From: Eukaryota sp. TZLM1-RC | Taxonomy: Eukaryota; Protista; Metamonada: BaSk clade | Direction of reading: 5' to 3' | Assembly: GCA_040285825.1 (NCBI GenBank) | Contig: JAUPSS010000005.1 | Span: 124,001-188,000 of the forward strand | Length of the DNA stretch: 64,000 bases | Part shown: in pieces, positions 32,561 through 45,300 of the stretch | Numbering within the stretch: position 1 is the stretch's first letter | Layout: each line of letters opens with the position of its first letter | Notes under the pieces: generated by a model | What the model was told of the DNA's origin: nothing | What the model saw: the letters and a program-made list of their open reading frames with translations, nothing else | Databases searched by the model: none | Translations under genes and position numbers: made by a program

Positions 32561-33674
32561 TCTACATATAGATGAACCAACTGAACAAGTTATTGAGCTA
32601 CATTCATTCGAAATTTTCAATTCTGACAATGATATTTTATAGTGTGTTGATATTGGAACAAATCTAGACATTGAGTACAAACAAAAGGTGGAAATATTTC
32701 AAATTTTTGACTACTTCATTGTACCAAAAACAATAACTCGATGGCAAAGAAATTAAGTAAAGAGCACAACCAAAATATAGCAAATATTTTTACTGATTCC
32801 AAACGACAATAAATTGATTCTGTTATTATTTTTTTAGAACAAAGTTTGAAAGAATTAGATCAAGCCAAAGAGATTGAAAGTCAAAAAACCAAGATAAAAA
32901 ACCTAGCCTCCAAAAATTTCTGTCCAAAAAGATGCTATTACCCTTATCTCTGTTGTTATTGGTGGGTACGACTTAAATGAAAGGCAATTAAATAATCACA
33001 ACGACAAAGATATTTTTGTAGCTTCAACTGACATCCTGGACTCTTATATTATTACTGATGATTGTTAAAAAATACACGATTAATCCGTCACTTTTATGCA
33101 ACATTTTTTAAACCATATTTCGATGTTAACTATTTTTGATAACAAAATTTAAAGCAGATTATTTGGCAGATTTCCAACCTTAAAAACTTTGACTTGCCCT
33201 TGGTGCTTTGTCGTTCAGTGAAAGAATATTGTCCAAAAAGATCAAGATTCCAAACTACTGAATGACACAATGGAGTCCTTTGTTGAAAACGTAAACGATT
33301 TTTAAGTCATTGATACTCTTCAATTTTAATCACTTTGTATTTATGTGGAGCTGGAAATAGTTTGGCCGATGTGTCTTCTCACTTACTGAACAAAACCAAA
33401 CATGAACTTACTGGATTTGAAAAAGGAAAAAAGAAACCTAGTCCAGCTTGGTAATTGAAATTGTTGAATAAAATTGTCAATAACTGGTCAACATGAGATA
33501 AGTGACTGCTCAAATACTGTGTTCATGACGGTTTACTGGTGTATGAAATCATCAATTATTTCCTCAAACCTGATACCCAAAAACTTCTGAACCTATTTTT
33601 GATGAAAATTATTAAATGTGGATCGATAAATTTATGTCCTAACCAAAATAATCAAACAGTGATTGAATCACTTA

Positions 33675-34834
33675 ATCTTAATGCGAACAAATGTCTTCTG
33701 ATTGGGTCTTCTGCTCAGGATGTTGTGATAGACGATTCTGTTGTCACTTTGACTATTTATAGTAGTGATGCTTTTAAGTCCTTGGTTGTTGGTTAGGAAG
33801 TGTGCCTCAAATTCAGAATGAATTACAAGTTATTTTGGAGAAAATGAAAATAATGAAAATTGAACTTGATTCAATTTCTTCTTTAGATTTAGAAAAGCAT
33901 ATTAAATTTTTCATGCTTAAAATTTGCTTTACTGGGAGAATAACCCACATTTTGAAATCTTGTCCTCCTTCTATAGCATTAGATTTTTGGCGTCGGTATC
34001 ACTGAAGTGTTCTAGTAGTTTGAGTTGTTATAAAGAGTCTAAGTTGATATGGTACAAGGTTAGACATTTTCAGTACAAGTTTAGCAAAGTATATTGGTAC
34101 AAGTTTAGTTTTGCTTTTTATCATCTATGCGTCTTCGATCTTTTATTTGGCCTGATAATCTTCCTCATAAATTAATTTGAAAATGTGGAAAGACCGGCAC
34201 TGCAACCCATTTGTTTAATTGTAATCGTTTTATTACTTTTAGATCAAAAGTGCATGATGCAGTTCATAATCAGCTTTATTGTATGTTTAAGGTTTACAAG
34301 ATTGAATCTGTTGTAGAACCTTTGCTTTCAAATCTGGCTGATGAATCTGACAGAAATTCTTTTGGTGACAACCGTGGTGATGTGCTGGTTCCCGGACTTG
34401 AAGGATCAATGATCATTATTGATGTCAGATCTACTGATGTATCAAACAGCTCAAATGAAAAACTGGCACAATCTTATAATTCACCTTTACGTAGAGTTGA
34501 AGAAGCGAAAATTATTAAGTACACAGAAAAAATCAATAATCTGAATTCCAACTCACATACTCATTACATTCTTTGTCCTTTTGCTTTTTCTTTATTTGGA
34601 ACCTTGGGTAAAACTGCGCTATCTTTTTTGGACGATTTCTCTTCTATTGTCAAAAACAGAACTGGAAGAATATTTGACCGAACGTTTTGGCAAAACAGAA
34701 TTGTATTTTCTATTTTTAAGGGAATGCATAGTCTTGTTTCTAGCTGGTTGTTATCACTAGAAAAATTTTATGAAGAAAATGCTGTACGTAAGTTTTCAAT
34801 AGTAGATGTGGAGTTTGAGGAGATTGATTTTTAG
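33675..34834 (+). mobile_element. CRE-clade family B copy, internally deleted and decayed
   Basis: LNANKCLLIGSSAQD, KHIKFFMLKIC, HDAV, RGDV, FSLFG segments match 41341-42900. Confidence 0.85.
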
Positions 34835-34918
34835 TTTTTTACAATTTTGTTTGAAACAAAAATGTATAAAGAAAAGTTTAGCAAGACTCATAACAAGATG
34901 TATATTTTTAGTTGTCAC

Positions 34919-35404
34919 ATGCCTCTTCGCATTTCCCAATCTCAGGAACCTCCACCAGCTCAGCAACCAGAACATGTTATCAAAATCACAACTCAACATT
35001 TACAATCCAGCACAACTAGTTCAACCGAGCCGATTATTGACAATACTGATTTGCTTGATGAAAATGAACCTGTTACTTTATTTGAAGAAGAACCATTACC
35101 AACTTATATTCAAAAACCTTCAAAAGTGTTGACACCTTCAGAAAAAGCCGATCTGTCTACTTTAGACCCCATGGCTAACTGGGATGACCCTTCACTTCCA
35201 CATGTGGATAGGAAAAGACTGGATTCTGCCAGGTATCACTTATCACGTTCGAGTTCACCCCCATCAGCACCATCAAAAGCGTATTGGCCGAATAGATTTG
35301 ATATTACACCAGGACCAAAATGGGATGGTGTTGTTAGAGGTAATGGCCATGAGGTGAAGGTGCTGCAGATGTGTGCTGAAAAAGAGTTTAAAATAATAAA
35401 ATAA
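34919..35404 (+). CDS. BUD13: Bud13/Cwc26 (RES complex) splicing factor, short form
   Basis: DPMA and PNRFDITPGPKWDGVVRGNGHE signature; start codon uncertain. Confidence 0.8.
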   Translation: MPLRISQSQEPPPAQQPEHVIKITTQHLQSSTTSSTEPIIDNTDLLDENEPVTLFEEEPLPTYIQKPSKVLTPSEKADLSTLDPMANWDDPSLPHVDRKRLDSARYHLSRSSSPPSAPSKAYWPNRFDITPGPKWDGVVRGNGHEVKVLQMCAEKEFKIIK

Positions 35405-35453
35405 TAAAATGTTACATGAATAAATTTTATACAAATTAGCCATAAAACAAATA

Positions 35454-36459
35454 CTACTGTTGAAGTGGGTTTCTAGCTACAAAAGCTGCATGCCACTCAA
35501 GAGAATTCTCAATTGTTCGAATCCAATGGTCACGATCTGCCAATGAAGCAGCTTGACAAATAAAGGTTCTATCTGTTGTTGTAATCTCAAAACAAAAGCT
35601 TCTGCCATATTTTTCAACATCTTCAACAATCTTGACGCTATTGCTGGGCACCTGGAACACACCCAAGGCAAGAGGAGGAGTACAGAATTCTGTTTTAAAG
35701 TAAGACAGAATTACTCCATGTTTGTGTGAAACTCGAAGTCTAAAAAACCTATTCTTCCAATTCTTTCTAAACAAACCCATTTTAACGAGCCATCCGTCAG
35801 TTCTTGGTGCTTTACCGAGAGAAGACTTGGAGAACAATGGCTCGCTGTCATCAATCTGGAGGTGAGCTGGAATGGGTGTCTCGGGTTCATCGGCTTGGTT
35901 GGAGGAAGAAGAAGAATCATTGAGACGTTGTTTCAATGTAGCAATATCATTAGAAAGTGAATCATTAGACTGTTTAAGAGAAAAGATTTCTTCCTTTAAT
36001 GCAAGATTTTCATCCTTGAGAGAGGCATTTGATTGTTGTAGTTCATCATTGATTGAGAGAAGACCACTTGCTTTGTTTCTTTGGGCTTCCAGTTCAACTT
36101 CAGTTTCTTCCAGGGAGGTTTTGAGGACAGGAATTTCAGAGATCTGCGTGTTGAGATCATCAACTTGGGTTTTGAGTTGGTTTATTTCCTTCTCGTAAAC
36201 AGGACAGTTTTCACAAGGTGCTTGTTCTTGAGGATTGTTGGAGAGTTCTTCCAAAGAAGCTTTGAGTTGTGCAATTTCATCAGTGAGGGTGTCGTTTAAT
36301 TGCGTGGATGCTAAGTTGAATAAGAGTGCAACACATACTGGTATAGTCTGCATGAAGCTTTTTAAACTCCTGACGGAGAAGTTTGAGTTTGTGTCGGTCA
36401 TCAAGTTTGGGACGAGAAGCATCGTCCTGAATAGGTGTATCGTTTGAAGGGGAAGCCAT
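35454..36459 (-). CDS. Coiled-coil + PH domain protein; exons 36459-36339 and 36310-35454
   Basis: GWLVKMG..KNWK.RFF.L, C-terminal WI..I PH motifs; removing the 28-nt GT-AG intron 36311-36338 joins MASPSND..DYT in frame to STQLND. Confidence 0.8.
36311..36338 (-). other. 28-nt spliceosomal intron
   Basis: GTATGTGTTGCACTCTTATTCAACTTAG; removal restores frame. Confidence 0.75.
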
Positions 36460-36574
36460 TCTTACAGATGATGTCTATAACAATGAAAAAAGTGTCCTTT
36501 TTACACCGATGTAGAGTGAATGAGTTTTTGAGAAACAAAGATTTTGATTCATTTGACAAGAAATAAACGTAAAA

Positions 36575-38000
36575 TACACAATTAAAACTCCACATCCTCA
36601 AAACCTGCCTCCCCTACATCAAAACAATTAATTGCTAAAGATTCAGAAAATTTCCCAAAAGAAGAGAGTTAATCAGAAATTAGTTTTACAATTCCCTTAA
36701 AAATAGAAAACACAATCCTGTTTTGCCAAAAAACCTGATTGAAAATTCTTCCAGTTATTTCCTTTACAACTACAACAAAATCCTCATGGAAAGCCATAGC
36801 AGCCTTACCTCGAGATCCAAGCAAAGAAACAACGAAGGGACATAAATTATATTGGGCATGAGAATTTTCATTTACGGAGGAGATGAGTTTCCCATAATTA
36901 GCAATTTTATATTTTTCGCCTGCAAGAAGAGCATTATTTACATCCGAGTTAATGAGATGTTCGTTAGAAGAATTACAAGGGTCAATAGACATGGCGTCTC
37001 AAATAGTAAAACTACCATTTAAACCAAGAACAACTAGATCACCTCTTGTCAGACCCGTAGAAGCTCTGTTGTAACGCGTACCATCAATATTGGGGTCATC
37101 AAGAATTAATTTTGATAACAACGGCTCTAAAAAGGAATCTACTCGATATGATTTGCACATTACATAAATTTGGTCGCTGACATTATTATACACTTTGCTT
37201 GTCAATGTAATTCAATGTTTACAGTTTAAAAGATGAGTAAACAAAAGAGGTTTACCACATTTACAAGTTAAAAGATTGGGCAAATTGTTTGGCCATAGAA
37301 AACAACGAAAACGCATGTTTAAAAGCCGTTCATTGTTTTTTAACAAAAGTTTATAGACAGAGGGAATTTGAGTTACTAAAGCAGCAGCAGAACTATGACG
37401 AATGTCCTTTAAAAAATTACCGAAGGCGGGATTTTCAGTTTTGGCCAAGCCAAGTCTTATTTCATAATCCTAGCTTTCATATAATTTAATGGTGCTGAAG
37501 CTTCTTCAGACAAAAGTGTAAATTTGTAAGTGATCGGTTGGGAATTTCTTGAACATTTTGAGGAAAACACTGAATCCAGATAACACTAGGCAAATTATTT
37601 AATTCAATTCGAAATTGATTTAAATAAAAATTTCATTCACCATCGATCAGATGAACATCATAAGGGAACCTTTGGTAAAATTCAAAAACAAAAAATTTTC
37701 AACCTCCTAAAACAGCTGCTTTACATAAAATCGAAGATTTAGTGAAACCGATTCCACCCAATTCAACAGAACAAAAAACATGATTTCGAATTAAAAATTC
37801 ATTTACCTCCAATAAGGAAGAACATAGTTTGACCCGAAGTTTGTTGAAAGATCTACAAAAATCAAAAGATACGAGTTGACCTTAAAATATGAGAGAATTT
37901 TCCAGAATAACAAAATTTTAAAATACAAAATCTGATGTGTTTTTCAATATCACATTCAGCAATAACATTAAGATCCTTGTCAAAATTCTCCAATAAATTG
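36575..38000 (-). mobile_element. CRE-clade family B-like copy, decayed
   Basis: Fragments CKC..HLLNC, RGDL, FVVSLLG, FWQNRIVFSIFKG. Confidence 0.8.
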
Positions 38001-38227
38001 TTCAACTGGGAATAAATTTTATCCAAATTACCTTGCCAACAAGAGATCCATTTTCAAAAAAAATATTCCATAAGACCAGATCAGCAGCTTGATTATTGCA
38101 TTGGTAGGTACACTTTTGACCAAAAACGTCCTTGAATTCGACAAAGAACAAGTCCAATAAACTTGTCTTGTCAATTCTGATATACAAGAGAATACAAGAA
38201 TTCTGGTAGTTTCTTGTTGTCTCTTGT

Positions 38228-38382
38228 AGTTTTAGAAGTCATTTTATCTGATGCTAATGACCTTCTTGCGTCTACCAAAGCACTTCCCTCCTTTGTGTCC
38301 CCAGTGTCTACTCAGCTATCGGTCAAGCTTCCGGAAGTAGAACCGTTAATTGAGGAAAAAAGAAGCAGTTTTTGGAAAGTTT
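38228..38382 (+). pseudogene. Captured ~155-bp fragment of the gene at 47794-48564
   Basis: Reverse complement of 48011-48166 with about 6 differences (VLEVILSDANDLLASTKALP...). Confidence 0.9.
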
Positions 38383-38414
38383 CCCTTTTTCCATTCCACA
38401 GATGACTTTACGGT

Positions 38415-38659
38415 TACTGGGAATTTCAGTTATCATGCATTGCCCTGTGAAATTCACTCATGTTTTCAACTTCCTCAATGTCTACTCACAGGCTGTAAGA
38501 GACATGTAGCGTCATTTGACAAAGACAATCATGATCTTCATCAATGGGCTACCTCACTTAAATACACCTACTGCTTTCACAGAACAAAGCCTCGCGACTT
38601 GATGTATCTAAGTGGATCTACCAAATGCTACTAAGGTTTTTATAGATCTGTCTCAAAAG
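38415..38659 (-). ncRNA. ORF-less second copy (B) of the structured RNA at 15822-16065
   Basis: 8 mismatches in 216 nt versus copy A, 112 nt identical; stems and GNRA loops retained. Confidence 0.6.
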
Positions 38660-39073
38660 CTTTTAAAAACAGTAAAAATAAACAAAATGAAAATAAAATA
38701 AAATTTCTGTTCATTCAGGTGGATTTTTTTCAAATATTGCACATGAAGAAAGACGTGTGATAAGTAAAATGGTTGATCGCGAAATAATAATAATAAATTA
38801 ATTAATAAACTAAAATGCAAAAGAAGTTGGACATTATGCCAAAAATGTCAAAATCAATGACAACACCAAGAAAATATTCAACAGTAAAAACAAAATTAAT
38901 TAAAAGATGATGAACGTTTGGCAAAACAACTTCAGAGTTTAGAAAAATAAAGATTTTATTTTATTTTTAAAAATGACATTCCCAGATACAATTGAAATGA
39001 GTGATTAACCAATGTATAAACAGAATCCAATCACAATATTAAATAAATATTGTGTAAAAATTAAAAATAATGG

Positions 39074-39331
39074 TTGATTATGATTTTAATTCTTATATTG
39101 ATTATGAGTTTAATTCTTATATTGATTATGATTGTAATTCTTATATTGATTATGATTGTAATTCTTATATTGATTATGATTGTAATTCTTATATTGATTA
39201 TGAGTTTAATTCTTATATTGATTATGATTGTAATTCTTATATTGATTATGATTGTAATTCTTATATTGATTATGAGTTTAATTCTTATATTGATTATGAT
39301 TGTAATTCTTATATTGATTATGAGTTTAATT
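39074..39331 (+). repeat. 24-bp minisatellite x~10.7, two unit variants
   Basis: TTGATTATGA(TTGT/GTTT)AATTCTTATA tandem array. Confidence 0.95.
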
Positions 39332-39619
39332 ATTGGTTTTAAATTTGTATTTAATACACAATCAGTGAAACAAAATGAGAAATATCAACTGGTAAAATTG
39401 CATAGTAGATATCTAGGAAATACAATGGGGGTAGTTTTCTACCCCCAGGTAGGTAGGAAGATTACCTACTAAAATAAAAAATGTTCTTATATTGGTTGAT
39501 CCTTTAGAACATTTAATTTAGGTAATTCAGATGATGTTGAAATATTAAATTTTTATTTTGAAGACAATGGTATTTTTGAATTGAAAATAGAAATTTATAT
39601 TTATATTATGGAAACCTTC

Positions 39620-40825
39620 ATATCTCCGAAATTTTGTGGACGAAGGCTTCTATTCTTACCTCGTGTGCTTTTGTTGGTGGATGCAGAAATGCAATCTTTG
39701 AGTTTTCCGAAAGATTTGCAGATTGGGAAGATTTATTGATGACAACGCAAAGTTCCACTGTTTTTGCATTAAATGAAGAAATTTCAAGAATTGATGTAGA
39801 AAAATGGAGTCGATGTTTTCCTCAATCATTCAATGGCAATATTCCAGAAAAAAATGTTTTAAATTTGAAGTACACTCTTCGAACATTACAGAAACGATTG
39901 ACTGGAATGTATGAAAAAGATCTTTATAATAATATATGCAGCTCGGCTGTTTTAAATCAAGATCTTCACTCATTGTTATTGGAAAAGGGTGTTTGTGAAA
40001 ACAAGTCGTCAGATTCTTCACTTTTTGTAACCATTGTACCACGAAGATTTGGATTGTGTGCCACTAATGAAGCATTTAACAAAAATGAGATTATATTTGA
40101 ACATCCCCATTAACCAGTTATTATCAAAAGAACAATGTATTTGTTCGAATTCACCTCAACTCACTTTGCACCATGCTCTGAATTGCTCTAAATTGATAAC
40201 TTATCGTTCTTCATTACATGATGCTGTTAGAGACACTGTTTTCAATATGGCACAAACTGCAAGGATATCGTGTATCAAAGAGCCCCTGCTGAAGGAAACA
40301 CTTTCTCTGAATAATTTTGGTTCTGATGATAGAGGTGATGTATACTGTGATTGGATTGATAATTCTGAAGCTATTGTTGACTTTGTCTCATGTAATGTTG
40401 CAAATGATACTTTGGTTCACAGAAGAAAACTTCATCCTGTGGCTGCTCTGGATTTTAAAGCAAAAGAGAAACATAGAAAATATGATAAAGGTATTGAAGA
40501 GGCAAATGTCGATAGAAATACACAGCTGGTTTTTATTGCTTTCCCATTTTCGATAAATGGAAAATTATCAGTTGAAGCAGAAACTTTTTTGGATGACTTC
40601 CAAAAAATGGTGCAAGAAAAAACAATGAAAAGATTTGATATTTTTTTACGGCGTTCACGGATTCAATTTGCCATTATTAATAGATTACCACGGTTTTTCA
40701 ATCGAATAAGAGAAGCTTTAGCTAGACAGCAAGCAGATCAAGATTTTGTAGAGGAAATCTTGGTTCAATGATAGTCGCCCCATTAGTATTGAGTTAATTT
40801 AATTAAGTGTGCAAATTCAATAAAT
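39620..40825 (+). mobile_element. CRE-clade family A copy, 5'-truncated
   Basis: Near-identical to 1-1011; 2-nt deletion at ~40078 causes frameshift. Confidence 0.9.
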
Positions 40826-41140
40826 ATATTTATCTCCGAAACAACTTATTTTGTACAAAAGGAATTAATAATTAGTATCACTGATGATGGTAGATTAAGA
40901 TCTTTATATGATTCTTCTCATCATATAACATCAGAGAACTACCATTCATCAAAAGAATTGAAGAGAATTGTTAGTATAAATGTTAAAATGAAAGTGATAT
41001 CAGTGATTGCAATTCTTGTTATACTGATTGTTCTATTAATTGTGATTTTGAAAATTACACTAAAATAACATTAACACCCTCTATTAATTATGAACAATTT
41101 AATACTGAGAATCAATAAAAATATTTTTTTTGAAATAATT

Positions 41141-41245
41141 TCAGACAGCAAGCAGATCAAGATTTTGTAGAGGAAATCTTGGTTCAATGATAGTCGTCCC
41201 ATTAGTTATGAGTTAATTTAATTAAGTGTGCAAATTCAATAAATA
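41141..41245 (+). mobile_element. Family A CRE 3' stub
   Basis: Matches family A 3' end; TCAGACA at 41141 and 41256 is a possible TSD. Confidence 0.8.
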
Positions 41246-41311
41246 TTAATATATGTCAGACAAACATTCACAATTTAATTTGAGATGTTAGCTAACCAAA
41301 ATTACTTTATT

Positions 41312-44300
41312 TTTTTTTAAAATTTAATTTTATTCTAAACCTATAAATCAACATCTAAAAAATCCATCTCTCCCAAAACAAAAACACTAGATGCAACTCT
41401 CTCATAGTGAGATCCAAGAGAAAGCAAAGCATCAGAAACCATCTTCAACATCCCCTTAAAAATAGAAAACACAATTCTATTTTGCCAAAACAATCTGTTG
41501 AAATTTCTGCCAGTTCTTCTCTTTACAATCATTTCAAAATCATCCAAAAAACGTAAAGCAGTTGGTGCAAGTGAACCAAAAAGGGAAAATACAAATGGAT
41601 ACAAATTGTATTTTGCATGCTGTAGACTGGCCAATTTGGACAAAGGTTCATTGTATTTTTTGAATTTAAAATTTTCAGCATTTGAAAGGGGATTATGAAT
41701 TTCAGAATTAACAAGCCTTTCATTTGAGGCATTACAAGGATCAACAGACATTACATCCAATAAAATGAAGCTTCCATCTAAGCCAGGTAATATGACATCA
41801 CCTCTATTATTCTTATGAAAATCATTTTCAGCATCAAACAGATTTGACAACAAAGGTTCCAAGAAGGATTCAATTCTATGAGATTTACACATACAATATA
41901 ACTGGTCTCTTACAGCATCATGAACCTTGCTTCTAAAAAGTAATAAAATGTTTACAATTTAACAAATGAGTAGTTGTAATTTCTTGAGAACATTTACAAA
42001 TTAAATTATGAGGTAAATTATCAGGCCAGATAAAGGAACGAAATCTCATATTCAGAGTCCAAGCAGAATCGGATAAGAGAGTACCATAAACTTGTGGAAT
42101 TGTTGTTACTAAGGCAGAAGAAGTACTGTCACACATATCTTGTAAAAGATTTGCAAAAGCGGGATTCTTTTTCTTGGCCAAGCCAAGTCTAACATCAAAA
42201 TCCAAGCTTTCAAAAATCTTTGACAATTTTTGTTGAAGCTTTTTACAGCAAAACTGTAAATTAAATAGAGATCGGTTTGGAATTTCTTGAATTGATTGAG
42301 GAAAACATTTGGTCCAAATTTGTATCGGTAATTTTTCAAGTTCACAAGATAACTCATACAAATAGGGACTACAATTGGGGACTAACAGATGAGAATCATC
42401 AGGAAATCTACGAGAAAATTCATAAATAAAATTTTTGCCACCACCCAAGAATGCTGATTGACACAAAATTGAAGATTTAGTAAAACCAATACCACCCAAA
42501 TTTGCTGAAGAAAATAAATGGCTTTTCAACATTCCTGGTTCTACATCCAATAAATCAGCAAAAAATTCTGTTCTCAATGAATTAAAAGAACGACAAAAAT
42601 CTAATGCTATGGAAGGAGCACAAGATCTCAAAATGTGGGTTATTCTCCCAGTGTAGCAAATTTTAAGCATGAAAAATTTAATATGCTTTTCTATATCTAA
42701 AGAAGAAATTGAATCAAGTTCAATTTTCATTTTTTTCCAAAATAACTTGCAATTCATTCTGAATTTGAGGCACATTTCCTAACCAACAACCAAGGAACTT
42801 AAAAGCATCACTACTATAATTAGTAAAAGGGACAATAGAATCGTTTATCACGAGGTCTTGAGCAGAAGAGCCAATCAGAAGGCATTTGCTGGCATTAAGA
42901 TGAAGCCCAATATTTTCATATGAATCGGCAATTTCTTGAGCAACCAATTCTAGTAAATCAAATGAACCAATCAAGGATATATCATCCATATAAGCAACTA
43001 TTTTTATAGAAGGGTATTTTTGCTTAATGATATTTAAAGTTTTGTGAATAGCTAAACAAAACAATAATGGGCCTAAAGGATCTCCCTGCTTCACTCCAGA
43101 AGATGATTTAAGACCAAATGAATTAAAAATTAAATCTGCTTTTTTCCCATAAAAATGGTAGAAAAAACTCGATAGCTCAGGAAAATCAGATTTAATAACT
43201 TCAAAAATTGCTTCTCGCTTTACAGAATTAAAAGCATTTTTAAAGTCGAGATTAAAAATAAAATTATTTTCCTCTGCATTAAAGAAGGTATCAGAGGCAA
43301 TAGCAGCAACAGAAGCACCATCAATTGTTTTGATTCCAAATTGATGAGGATTCAAAAATGTAGAAGCTTTGTCTTTGACACGATCGAAGACAATTGATGC
43401 TAGCAAACGAGAAAGAGATTCACCAACAGCAATTGGGCGTATTCCATCAGGTTTGATTCCGTTTCCAGGCTTTACTAAAGCAATCAGACGTGCTGCGAGT
43501 AATTCAAATGGAGGATTAATTTTCAAAACAATCAATTGTTGACAATAGTGGGCTAGATCATCAGCAATTTCGGGAGCACTGGAACACGCTATTTTTAACA
43601 GATCAAAAGAAATTCCAGATGGGCCTGCTGCTTTCCCCTTTGGCAATTTTTGAATAGCTTTAAGAACTTCAATTGCAGTAATAGGATTTTCAATCCAAAA
43701 AGGACACACTTCAGGCTTGCTGCACTTGAAATTTTCTTGAGGATGCAACTTTTGAAGTTTTTCAAGGGTATCAGAGTTTGCATCAGCCAAAGAAGAGGAA
43801 AACAAAGACTGCTTTGCGGCACCATAACGACCACGTAAGCACAATTTACGGCAAATTTTTGATTTTACAATTTTTCTATTTCCAAATTTTTTCTTAAAAC
43901 AATTTTTGTTTTTTCTAGCAAAATATTTCCAGAAGGATGAAATATTCCACTTATTATTTTTCAATTCAGAAGTAAAATTTCTCATTTCCATTGAGAAGGG
44001 GATTGTGCTGGCGGGACTTATTTCTACTGGGATCCGGATCGGGGGTCTTACGGTATCAACGGCTTTACAATTCGTACAAAACAGAAGTTTTCGACCATTT
44101 CGTGAATCTGCAACATCTTTTTTGCAAAATGGACAACAAAAATTACTGTTTTCAGAAGGGGAAGAAGAGGGAACACTAGAAGCATTTAACAGTTGATCGT
44201 CTGAAACATTATTTTCAGCACCTTTCACAACGGCAACAGCTGGAACAGAACATTTGAGAATTTGTTGAGCAGATTTTAATTCAAATTCTCTTTTTTGTTT

Positions 44301-44491
44301 CTCAGGGCACGTTCTCGAATTATGACCACTGATACCACAAATCGAACATTTTTTAGAACCTTTTAATGGCAGTGGTTTCATTTTTTCAGTTCTTTCAATT
44401 TTGTCAATTTGTGAGTTAAAAGTAGAAATAGACTTTTGACTTTTTGCAGATTCAGCTGGAGAAAACAAATTTCGAGAAACGGAGTTGTTAT
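41312..44491 (-). mobile_element. Near full-length CRE-clade non-LTR retrotransposon (CCHC + RT + RLE), family B
   Basis: CSICGISGHNSRTC; AAGPSG, RPIAVGE, QFG, LDFKNAFNSV, GVKQGDPLGP, YMDD; RLE motifs; A-rich tail; 13-bp TSD AAATTACTTTATT at 41299 and 44492; two frameshifts in homopolymer runs. Confidence 0.92.
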
Positions 44492-44589
44492 AAATTACTT
44501 TATTAATTTAGTTTTCAATTGTTATAATTCTAGCAGTAACTTGGATTCCAATTATTTATAATAATACTTTATTATAATAGTGTCGAAAA

Positions 44590-45300
44590 AACAATGGTAA
44601 ACTATTAATAAAGGCGAATTAAAATCGTGACCGTTATAAAAAGATATCAAATCTTTTTATTGTTTTTTCTTGAACCAATTTTTGAAAGTCATTCAAGAAA
44701 GTTCCTGCTTTTACTAATAGTCTTCCGTTTATGGAAAATGGGAAAGCAATAACAACAAGTGGTCCATTTCCATCAGCATTGGCTCCTTTGATATTTTTGT
44801 CATTTTTTCTATGTTTTCCTATCGCTGGGTCTAAAAACAGCTACAAGATTAAGTTTCATTCTTCAATTAAACTGCAAAATGTCATTTGCAACACTACAGG
44901 AGACAAAATCAACAACAATTTCATAGTTCTCAATCCAATCACAGTAAATATCATTTCTGTCAAGAAAACCAAAATTGGTGAATAACAATGTTTCTTTCAG
45001 CAGAAGATCTTTGATACATGAAATTTTGGCATTTCTCGCCATATTCAAAACAATCTGCCGTGCAGCATGTGATGAAGAACGATAATTTATCCAGGTTATC
45101 ACAATTGAAGGAGTGATTGAAGGTGACTCGTGGTGAATTTAAACAAATACAGTGTTCTTTTAATAAATGTTTGTCAATTGGAAAATTCAGATATACTGTC
45201 ATTTTAACAAGCCGATTTTTCCTCCCAACGGTATCTACCTTGTCTGAATATATAATCCTCGAACATGTCCTTGTCTGAAGAAAACTAGTGTCACACAATC
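44590..45300 (-). mobile_element. Diverged family A-like CRE remnant
   Basis: CICLNSP, ISCIKD.LLKETL, DIYCDWI, VDFVSC. Confidence 0.75.

Noticed and set aside
38350-38634. 94-aa ORF (and 15669-15869 ORF) over the repeated element
   Set aside because: No recognisable protein; RNA-type pairing on the opposite strand explains the conservation better
39070-39472. ORFs (YIDYDCNS)n and (ILILIM)n, or a CRISPR-like array
   Set aside because: Translations of a 24-bp minisatellite; no unique spacers, no cas genes
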